Shown one piece after another: positions 1 through 6,848 of a stretch of DNA of 12,654 bases (position 1 is the first letter of the stretch; every line of letters begins with the position of its first letter). The notes below the pieces were generated by a model, which saw nothing but the letters and a program-made list of their open reading frames with translations, was not told the origin of the DNA and searched no databases. The DNA lies in IMG/VR virus record IMGVR_UViG_3300029505_000002. One strand, written 5' to 3'. Both the position numbers and the translations under genes were made by a program. This stretch comes from a virus (lineage: Duplodnaviria; Heunggongvirae; Uroviricota; Caudoviricetes).

Positions 1-61
1 AATTTTATTTTATGTTTAAATATAAAAGTTAAAATAAAGCTAATAATAGCTATAAAAAATA

Positions 62-87
62 AGTCGAAAAATAAATATTTATCGACT
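62..87. promoter_or_regulatory. 26-bp near-perfect palindrome upstream of the radical SAM operon (operator-like)
   Basis: Arms AGTCGAAAAATA (62-73) and TATTTATCGACT (76-87), one mismatch, 2-nt centre; TATAAT at 89-94 and GGGGGAG SD at 96-102 follow. Confidence 0.45.
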
Positions 88-104
88 ATATAATAGGGGG
101 AGTT

Positions 105-1277
105 ATGTTCTGTGTAGAATGTGTCATGAATACAGACTGCAATTTAGGATGTTATTTTTGTTTTGCTAGTAATAAATCAAATTCAAAATTTGTAAACATT
201 GAAAATTTAGAACTTGTTTTAAAAAACTTAACAAAAATTACAACTGAGAAAAAAATACTTTTTAAGTATTATGGTGGAGAAGTTTTGTTGCATCAAGATG
301 AATTTATTAAACATGTAGAATTGATAAAAAGTTACAAATCTAAATATCCTGAATTAAACTTTGAAATCGCTTTAATTACAAATTTAACTATTATGCCTAA
401 TGATAAAATTATTGAATTTATTAAAAATAAAGATATTTTTTATTCTGTTAGTATGGAAATAAATGAAGAATATCATAATAAAATTAGACATTACCTTAAT
501 GGAAAAGGATCTTTTAATGATGTCATTTCTAATGTAAAAAAAATGTATGAACTTACTAAAGAAAAGGTTTATATACAAACTGTAATGTCTAAAGAATGGG
601 TTTTTAATACAGAAAAATATTTAGATTTTATGAATCAATATAAAGATATATGCACTTTCGGAACTGTCCCTATGTTTGGAAATAATGAAATAGATGAAGA
701 AATGTTGCAAGAATTTCCTAACTCTTTAAATAAACTACTTAACTATATAAAAAAAGAATATGAGACTAATCACGTTTGTAATTTTCAGTTGTTTCACGAA
801 ACTCGTTCTATAATGAAGTTACTTCACTCTAATACTAGTGGAAGAATTTCTAATAATAAGCATTGTCTTGCTGGATATGAACAAATAACTCTTGTACAAG
901 ATAAATTATGTTCATGTTCAAGAGCCTACCATAATAATATTGATTTTTTATTTTATAAAGATTTAGACGATTATTTTATAGCACGAGATAATCTTTTTGC
1001 AGATTTAATAAAATTTGATGACGAATGCAATATTTGCCAAAAGATTAACAATATAGGTTGTATCGGGAAATGTATGTGCACAGATATTTTAAACAATAAC
1101 GAAAAAGAAAAAAATGTCTGCAAATATAATATTATCTTTGGGGATTATGTTAAAAAATTATTTATAGAAATGAAAGAAAATAAAAAATTTATAAGTGATT
1201 TATTTTCTTCTTTAAATTATAATTCTGAAAGTAAATTAAAATTTATAGACAATTTAACAGAAATATGTGAAAGGTGA
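105..1277 (+). CDS. Radical SAM/SPASM-domain peptide or protein maturase (390 aa)
   Basis: CNLGCYFC motif (138-161), YYGGE, ITNL, SVSME core motifs; C-terminal Cys set HCLAG...LCSC...CNIC...GCIGKCMC...C typical of SPASM; SD GGGGGAG. Confidence 0.92.
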   Translation: MFCVECVMNTDCNLGCYFCFASNKSNSKFVNIENLELVLKNLTKITTEKKILFKYYGGEVLLHQDEFIKHVELIKSYKSKYPELNFEIALITNLTIMPNDKIIEFIKNKDIFYSVSMEINEEYHNKIRHYLNGKGSFNDVISNVKKMYELTKEKVYIQTVMSKEWVFNTEKYLDFMNQYKDICTFGTVPMFGNNEIDEEMLQEFPNSLNKLLNYIKKEYETNHVCNFQLFHETRSIMKLLHSNTSGRISNNKHCLAGYEQITLVQDKLCSCSRAYHNNIDFLFYKDLDDYFIARDNLFADLIKFDDECNICQKINNIGCIGKCMCTDILNNNEKEKNVCKYNIIFGDYVKKLFIEMKENKKFISDLFSSLNYNSESKLKFIDNLTEICER

Positions 1278-1283
1278 TTTTAA

Positions 1284-1565
1284 ATGAAAAAATTATATTT
1301 TGTTAACAAAACTAATAAAGATTCATACTTTATTAATTATGAAGAAGATGTTGAAAATTTCAATTATGAAAACGAAAAGATATCACATAAATTAATTTTT
1401 AAAAATATTGATATTAAAACAGAGGAATTACCATTGTTTTATTCTAAAATACAAAATACCTATTTTGAGTTTAAACAAATATCTTTTGATGTATCAATTG
1501 GTAATGTAAATGTTATAAAACAAAATAATATTTTAAATCTAGAAATAACTTTAGAAAGATTATAA
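1284..1565 (+). CDS. Hypothetical protein, rSAM operon accessory (93 aa)
   Basis: ORF 6 nt after rSAM stop, SD AAGGTGA, operon context. Confidence 0.75.
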   Translation: MKKLYFVNKTNKDSYFINYEEDVENFNYENEKISHKLIFKNIDIKTEELPLFYSKIQNTYFEFKQISFDVSIGNVNVIKQNNILNLEITLERL

Positions 1566-1587
1566 TTTTTGATAAGAAGGAGTTTAG

Positions 1588-2292
1588 ATGTATAACAGAT
1601 TTATTGTAAATAAAGATATAGATTTCAATTATTTATTTGAAAGGATTAATTTTTTTCAAAACAATGGATTTAAACAAATATATCATTTAATTGTAAAAAA
1701 CACTACAAATGAAGAACTTGTAAAGTTATTTGACCATCCAAAATTTAATAATTTCATTAGACTTTATAACAATATAATAAGTATAGATGAACAAACAAAA
1801 GTGTCAGAAATTAGTTCTTTAGATTATATTGAATCATTTTATGGATGTGAAGATAAAGTATTATTAAATCATATATATGATCAAATGATTGAAGGGTATA
1901 GTGCAATTTATCCAAGTTCTAATTTTCTTATAAATCTTGATAATAATTTCAATATGACTTTTAAACACAATGATGAATTTATAGGTAATCTTTTAGAAGA
2001 TATAAAAGTCCCTAAATTAAAAAATATATTTATAGGTAATAAAAGAAAATGTAGTAAATGTTTGAATTGCTTGTGTGATTACACAAAAACTAAAGGAGCT
2101 TTTTTTCTTATTGATGATAAAGAATGTGATTATAAATTAAAAGTTAAAGAAAATTTAATTGATGAGGAGGTTAAAAAAGTGACTAAAGAAGAATATAGTA
2201 AAATAATGGAATCTATATCAGAAATTTATAGAGGATTGAATATTAATGATAATTTAATACTAGAAATATTAAGTAAAAAAAGTGGTGATTAA
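1588..2292 (+). CDS. Degenerate SPASM-like protein lacking the radical SAM CxxxCxxC motif (234 aa)
   Basis: SD AAGGAG; C-terminal half has FIGNLLED followed by KCSKCLNCLC...C, resembling the GN[IL] plus CxxC part of SPASM domains; no CxxxCxxC at the N-terminus. Confidence 0.55.
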   Translation: MYNRFIVNKDIDFNYLFERINFFQNNGFKQIYHLIVKNTTNEELVKLFDHPKFNNFIRLYNNIISIDEQTKVSEISSLDYIESFYGCEDKVLLNHIYDQMIEGYSAIYPSSNFLINLDNNFNMTFKHNDEFIGNLLEDIKVPKLKNIFIGNKRKCSKCLNCLCDYTKTKGAFFLIDDKECDYKLKVKENLIDEEVKKVTKEEYSKIMESISEIYRGLNINDNLILEILSKKSGD

Positions 2293-2294
2293 TA

Positions 2295-2648
2295 ATGGGA
2301 ATTATAAGTATATCTTCTTATAATAATATAGTAGACAAACTTATTGCAGCTAAAAATAAATATTATTCTGGTCTATCTGTTACTGGCAAAGTATCAAATG
2401 GAACAAAATTAACAGCATCTAAAACGAATGAACTTTTTAATCAATGTGCAAGTGTTACTACTAAATCTCCTTTAACTTATTCTTTTCCTTCTGTAAGTGT
2501 TGGTAGTATAGTTCAAGAAACTGTATTTAACACTACACTTAATCAAATAACAGCTGTTGCTAATTGTTATTCAAATTGTCATAGCAACTGTCATAGTAAT
2601 TGCCATAGCAATTGTAATTGTGATAGATGTAGTAGAAGCCCAGATTAA
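2295..2648 (+). CDS. Putative radical SAM substrate protein with C-terminal Cys-x-x-x repeats (117 aa)
   Basis: Ser/Thr-rich body then NCYSNCHSNCHSNCHSNCNCDRCSRSPD; embedded among four rSAM genes; SD GGTGA. Confidence 0.8.
   Translation: MGIISISSYNNIVDKLIAAKNKYYSGLSVTGKVSNGTKLTASKTNELFNQCASVTTKSPLTYSFPSVSVGSIVQETVFNTTLNQITAVANCYSNCHSNCHSNCHSNCNCDRCSRSPD
2562..2615 (+). repeat. 12-bp coding tandem repeat (NC[Y/H]S x4 plus NC)
   Basis: aattgttattca / aattgtcatagc / aactgtcatagt / aattgccatagc / aattgt; differences mostly synonymous. Confidence 0.9.
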
Positions 2649-2669
2649 TATATTTTAAGGAGGAATATT

Positions 2670-2855
2670 ATGTTAGTTTTATTAGATGATAAAACCATAG
2701 AAGAAATAAACAAAATAAATGAACAGAGTGGAGTAATTTTTTTAACATCATCAATAGAAAAAATAGATATGTATAAACAACTTTTTAATAAAAGTAATAT
2801 TTCTTTTTTTTCTCCAAAAAAGGATAGTGATTTATTTGAATCTATTGAATTTTAA
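2670..2855 (+). CDS. Hypothetical protein (61 aa), possibly N-terminal part of a frameshifted gene
   Basis: Strong SD AAGGAGG; overlaps the open +1 frame of the next ORF. Confidence 0.65.
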   Translation: MLVLLDDKTIEEINKINEQSGVIFLTSSIEKIDMYKQLFNKSNISFFSPKKDSDLFESIEF

Positions 2856-2859
2856 TAAA

Positions 2860-3099
2860 ATGATTGCTGATAATAAATTATCCGTTGTATACGGTTATAG
2901 TTTTGGAAAAAAATATAAAATATTAAGTTTGATTTCAGAAGAACCTATAAAAATTTTACAAAACGAAACACTTATCAAAGTTTCTATTTCAAAATTTAAA
3001 ATAAAATCTTATCAAAAAGTAATTGATGTTCCTATTCTTGATTTAACTTTTAATTTATCTAAATATATATACAACTATGAGGTGGAAGAAATTGATTAA
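2860..3099 (+). CDS. Hypothetical protein (start uncertain: GTG 2827 or ATG 2860, or continuation of upstream ORF)
   Basis: Open frame 2767-3099 fills the operon gap; no well-spaced SD. Confidence 0.55.
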   Translation: MIADNKLSVVYGYSFGKKYKILSLISEEPIKILQNETLIKVSISKFKIKSYQKVIDVPILDLTFNLSKYIYNYEVEEID

Positions 3100-3883
3100 G
3101 TATATTTCATTAGATATAACCTTGACTAGAAAATGCAATTTAAATTGTAAGTATTGCGAAGGGCACAGTGACACTGATGACAATACACCATTAGTCCATC
3201 TTTCAGAAATAAAAAATGTTGTTGAAAAGATATCAGTAGAATATCCAGATAATAAAATAAATTTTATGTTATTAGGTGGAGAATTAACTACTCTTCCTAA
3301 AAATTATCTTTTAAATGTTGTCACTTATTTAAAAAAATTAAAAAATTGTGGACACATTCATATTTTTACAAATGCAAAAGAATATAGTCCAGAAATAAAA
3401 GAATGTATTAAAAACTTTAATAATGTTTTTTTAGGAGTATCTTTTGATACAACAAGTTGTTTGTTAAACATGAGGAATATAAATAAAGAAGAAATTATAA
3501 ACACATTAAAACAATATGATTGTTGGGATAAAATAGCTATCCATTCAACTTTTAATAATTTTACAATTTCTACTTTTAAAAAGTTACAAGAGTTTTTTAT
3601 TTCTTACGGAGTTAGAAAATTTAAGTTTAAATTTGAAAGAAATGATGCTTTTTTAATAGAAAACTATACCAATAGTAAATATAAATTTATAAATATTCTT
3701 TATGAAAATTTACTAGATGATGTTGAATATATAGATAATTTTACGTTGGAAACAGTTGTTGTTATGTATGTTGGACAATATATGGAACTTGCTATACATC
3801 ACTCTAAGCATAATGATAGAATGAATAGAAATGTTTTTGGAAAAATTCCATTTGATAAGAAGTTGTTTAATATATATGAATAA
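3092..3883 (+). CDS. Radical SAM protein without obvious SPASM domain
   Basis: CNLNCKYC (3134-3157), LLGGE, IFTNA, GVSFD; likely start TTG 3092 with SD GAGGTGG (3079-3085) rather than ATG 3077. Confidence 0.88.
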   Translation: MIKYISLDITLTRKCNLNCKYCEGHSDTDDNTPLVHLSEIKNVVEKISVEYPDNKINFMLLGGELTTLPKNYLLNVVTYLKKLKNCGHIHIFTNAKEYSPEIKECIKNFNNVFLGVSFDTTSCLLNMRNINKEEIINTLKQYDCWDKIAIHSTFNNFTISTFKKLQEFFISYGVRKFKFKFERNDAFLIENYTNSKYKFINILYENLLDDVEYIDNFTLETVVVMYVGQYMELAIHHSKHNDRMNRNVFGKIPFDKKLFNIYE

Positions 3884-4673
3884 AGTTTATTTTATATTAG
3901 GACAAAAGTGTAATAGATCATGTTCATTTTGTTATATGAGATACTCTAATGATATTTCCTCTAGTATTGAAGTTTTAAATAATATTAAAGATTCTATTTA
4001 TCATTTAATAATTATAGGCGGAGAGCCTTTGTTATACTATGATAAATTAATAGAAATTATAGAAAATTCTAAAAATGTAGAAGAAATTACTATTACAACA
4101 AACGGAGATCTATTAACTAAAGATAATGTGACACAACTTTTATCTTATAAGAATGTTCATTTACAAATATCAATATATGATTTTAATTCTTTAATTCATA
4201 TAAAAAAATTGTTTGATAATATTGATAAAACCTTATTAAAACAAATTCTTATTCATTTTGTTTTTTCAAAATATAACATAAATCTTTTTAGAGATATTTC
4301 TGACACTTTCTATAGCAAAGTTCAATTATGGGTTTCAATTGATAGAGAAATTAACGAAGATATTAGTTTTGAACTGATAGATTTAATTGAAAAAGGGTAT
4401 TTAAAAAAAGATATGTTTAGACAAAATAACAAAGCTGGAAAAGATTGTAAAGTTTTTTCGAATAGCAATATTATTATAAACGGAGACAAAGTTGTATATG
4501 ATTGCTTACACAGGCAATCTAAAGGAACAAAAATAATTGTAAATAAAGATTGTTTAAATTGTGATAATATTCTATGCGACGCTTGTATTTGTAATGATAT
4601 TGTAGAAAACAGAATTATTTTATGTAATATATTTAGAAATTTAAATATATTTTTTAAAGAGAGTACTAAATGA
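3876..4673 (+). CDS. Radical SAM protein with compact Cys-rich (SPASM/twitch-like) C-terminus
   Basis: CNRSCSFC (3909-3932), IIGGEPLL, ITTNG, QISIYD; C-terminal DC...DC...CLNCDNILCDACIC...C; likely ATG 3876 overlapping the previous stop. Confidence 0.9.
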   Translation: MNKVYFILGQKCNRSCSFCYMRYSNDISSSIEVLNNIKDSIYHLIIIGGEPLLYYDKLIEIIENSKNVEEITITTNGDLLTKDNVTQLLSYKNVHLQISIYDFNSLIHIKKLFDNIDKTLLKQILIHFVFSKYNINLFRDISDTFYSKVQLWVSIDREINEDISFELIDLIEKGYLKKDMFRQNNKAGKDCKVFSNSNIIINGDKVVYDCLHRQSKGTKIIVNKDCLNCDNILCDACICNDIVENRIILCNIFRNLNIFFKESTK

Positions 4674-5401
4674 ATATAGAGATTAATTATGGAAACGAAT
4701 GCAATTTAAATTGTTCTTATTGTTTCTTAGATAAAAAAGTAACTATAGATTTTAAATATATTCAGGATACAGTTTCGTTTATTAATAAAAATAAAATAGA
4801 AATAAACGAATTTAGACCTGTTGGTGGAGAACCATTATTACATATAGAAAATATTATTTATACCATTGATAACTTAATTATTAAACCAAAAAATATAAGT
4901 ATAGTTACTAATGGTATATTGCTTAGAAAAACGATTAATCAATTATATTTTATTAGTTCTAAGTACAATATAAATCTTTCAATCAGTGTTTCTATAGATA
5001 ATGTGTTTTCTTATGATCATAATAGAAAAATTTCTTCAATCAATATACTTATGGATTTATTAGAACTTAAGGAATATTATAAAACTATAGAATTTTCTAT
5101 CAATAGTGTAGTATTAGAAAATAACAAGAATATAGAATTAGAGTTATTTTGCAAAAATAATAAAATCAATATATTTAATATTCCTTTTATTTCAAATAAT
5201 ACAATTATAAAAAATATACATTGCAATAAGTTTTGTGGTAATGGTTTGTATTTTTTTAAAGATAAAATATATCTATGTAAATTATGTCATTCTTTTTTTG
5301 ATAAATCTTTAATAGGAGACTTAAATTCAGATTATTTTATTTTAAAATCACAAATGAACAATAGTTATTGTCTGTTTAACAAAGAGGTGATAAACAAATG
5401 A
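4670..5401 (+). CDS. Radical SAM protein with short twitch-like C-terminus (243 aa)
   Basis: CNLNCSYC (4700-4723), VGGEPLL, VTNG, SVSID; C-terminal CNKFC, CKLC, C; ATGA overlap with the previous gene. Confidence 0.9.
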   Translation: MNIEINYGNECNLNCSYCFLDKKVTIDFKYIQDTVSFINKNKIEINEFRPVGGEPLLHIENIIYTIDNLIIKPKNISIVTNGILLRKTINQLYFISSKYNINLSISVSIDNVFSYDHNRKISSINILMDLLELKEYYKTIEFSINSVVLENNKNIELELFCKNNKINIFNIPFISNNTIIKNIHCNKFCGNGLYFFKDKIYLCKLCHSFFDKSLIGDLNSDYFILKSQMNNSYCLFNKEVINK

Positions 5402-5613
5402 AAATTACAAAAGAATTTTACTTTATATATAGAATATCATTATCAGAAGATAATATGACAATAAATGATATTTTCGACTTAAAGGATAAATTATTAGAAT
5501 CTAATATTTATACCGATGGCAATAAAACTTACAATATTATTGATATTTTAATTAAAGAAGAAAATAATGATATTTATAAGATATTTATAACAGTAGATGA
5601 TGTTTTATGTTAA
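5398..5613 (+). CDS. Hypothetical protein (71 aa)
   Basis: ATGA overlap, SD GAGGTGA. Confidence 0.75.
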   Translation: MKITKEFYFIYRISLSEDNMTINDIFDLKDKLLESNIYTDGNKTYNIIDILIKEENNDIYKIFITVDDVLC

Positions 5614-6122
5614 AATTTTTAATAAATGATATTTTAATTAAATGTAATAAAATAGATTTATTTTTTATTTCAAAATCTGAAATTTTAATAAGAATACACG
5701 AATCAATTAAAGATGAAAATTTTAATAAATTACATGAATTACTTTTAAATAATATTGGAAAAGATATTCAATTCTCAAAATATAAAGGAACCTTAAGTTC
5801 AATAACTAATAATTTTGAATCTTTTAATATTAATATAAAATTGAAAGATTCGATAATAACTCCTTTCGTATTAAATATTACAAGAAATACTTTTGATGAT
5901 AAAAAACTAAAATTTTCAAAAGTTGTTAAATTAATAGAAAAAGATAAAAACGTTTTTATATTTGAAGAGCCTGAATATCCTGAATATTTTTTAGAACATT
6001 TTAATAATTCAACTATGTTATATTTTAATGAATCAATATACAAAATTATTAAATCAGAAATAACTTGTAAATATTGGAATTCATTGTCTATAGTATTAAT
6101 TGTTGAAAAAATTATTGTCTAA
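5607..6122 (+). CDS. Hypothetical protein (171 aa), last gene of the rSAM operon
   Basis: Overlaps the previous stop; 171-codon ORF in AT-rich DNA. Confidence 0.75.
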   Translation: MLKFLINDILIKCNKIDLFFISKSEILIRIHESIKDENFNKLHELLLNNIGKDIQFSKYKGTLSSITNNFESFNINIKLKDSIITPFVLNITRNTFDDKKLKFSKVVKLIEKDKNVFIFEEPEYPEYFLEHFNNSTMLYFNESIYKIIKSEITCKYWNSLSIVLIVEKIIV

Positions 6123-6144
6123 TAGTAAATAATTATGTTATAAT
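6115..6144 (+). promoter_or_regulatory. Sigma70-type promoter with extended -10
   Basis: TTGTCT (6115-6120), 18 nt, TATAAT (6139-6144) preceded by TGn. Confidence 0.6.
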
Positions 6145-6150
6145 AAACTT

Positions 6151-6224
6151 AACTCTTAACGTAAAGTTCTATTAGATAGAACGTCTCTTAGCTAAAGACA
6201 TAGATTAATTTCTATGTCTTTTTT
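6151..6224 (+). ncRNA. Candidate ~75-nt small RNA or attenuated leader
   Basis: Lies between the promoter and a terminator, no ORF; hairpin GTTCTAT-tag-ATAGAAC (6166-6182). Confidence 0.4.
6194..6224 (+). terminator. Rho-independent terminator
   Basis: AAAGACATAGA-ttaatt-TCTATGTCTTT followed by T tract. Confidence 0.8.
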
Positions 6225-6231
6225 ATTGTTT

Positions 6232-6261
6232 TTGACAATGATATATAAAACGTACTACAAT
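6232..6261 (+). promoter_or_regulatory. Sigma70-type promoter for the holin-like gene
   Basis: TTGACA (6232-6237), 18 nt, TACAAT (6256-6261). Confidence 0.5.
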
Positions 6262-6292
6262 TTGGTATCATTAAAAACAAGGAGAACAAATA

Positions 6293-6682
6293 ATGGAAAA
6301 TTTATTACCAACAATACAAACTTTTTTAAATGGTTTAAATCCTCTATATTATCTAATAACATTAGTAGTTCTTATAATAGTAGCAATAGTTACTAAAAAC
6401 TACCAAGCTCTTAAAATGATATCTGAAGAAGGTATAAGAGCATCTGCTAAATACTTTAATTCTGATGAAGGACAAAAGAAACTTGAAAATGCAGTATCTC
6501 ATCTTCAAAACAAAATTAAAGATCTACCTTGGTTAGCAAGAGTGTTACTTGAAAAATTTGGAACTAAAGCTGTTTTAGTAAGCATTATTGAATGGTTCTA
6601 CAAACTCATTAAAAATAAGCTTAAACTTGAAATAGCTGAAGTTGAAATGGATATCAAAGGGAATGAAGTAAAAAAAAATTAG
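6293..6682 (+). CDS. Holin-like membrane protein (129 aa)
   Basis: SD AAGGAG; one N-terminal TM (LYYLITLVVLIIVAIVT) followed by a helical region with EGQKKLENAV, reminiscent of LL-H-type holins. Confidence 0.55.
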   Translation: MENLLPTIQTFLNGLNPLYYLITLVVLIIVAIVTKNYQALKMISEEGIRASAKYFNSDEGQKKLENAVSHLQNKIKDLPWLARVLLEKFGTKAVLVSIIEWFYKLIKNKLKLEIAEVEMDIKGNEVKKN

Positions 6683-6846
6683 ATTTAAATGTATATAGAG
6701 AAAATCAATCTTATTCTTTAGATTTAATTAAAAAAACCAATTATACAAAGCTTAATTTAGAGTTTTATGGAAAACTTCTTATCGAAACTGATTTCCATCA
6801 TGATCCTGCATTAAGAGCAGAAATTGGTTTTATAAAAAGATTTTGA
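6670..6846 (+). CDS. Start-less -1 frame extension of the holin-like gene, entered at the A9 run (55 aa after the run)
   Basis: A9 at 6670-6678; -1 frame opens after TGA 6664-6666 and reads LDLNVYRENQSYSLDLIKKTNYTKLNLEFYGKLLIETDFHHDPALRAEIGFIKRF to TGA 6844-6846; no ATG/GTG/TTG in frame. Confidence 0.65.
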   Translation, partial: KKKLDLNVYRENQSYSLDLIKKTNYTKLNLEFYGKLLIETDFHHDPALRAEIGFIKRF

Positions 6847-6848
6847 TT

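Noticed and set aside
384..578. 64-aa - strand ORF
   Set aside because: Antisense shadow inside the radical SAM gene; low-complexity F/I/N composition
105..1277. Assignment as anaerobic sulfatase maturase or cofactor-biosynthesis enzyme (PqqE, MoaA, NirJ)
   Set aside because: No sulfatase or pathway partner genes in the window; the adjacent Cys-repeat protein is a more parsimonious substrate, so no gene symbol is given
2562..2615. CRISPR array or non-coding tandem repeat
   Set aside because: 12-bp in-frame coding units without spacers; no CRISPR array or tRNA was recognised anywhere in the window
2816..2822. A AAA AAG classical -1 slippery heptamer
   Set aside because: The -1 frame hits TAG at 2825-2827 immediately; the downstream ORF is in the +1 frame
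5768..6043. 91-aa - strand ORF
   Set aside because: Antisense to a coupled operon gene; no supporting motif
6214..6396. 60-aa + strand ORF
   Set aside because: Starts inside the terminator stem, has no SD and overlaps the holin-like gene out of frame
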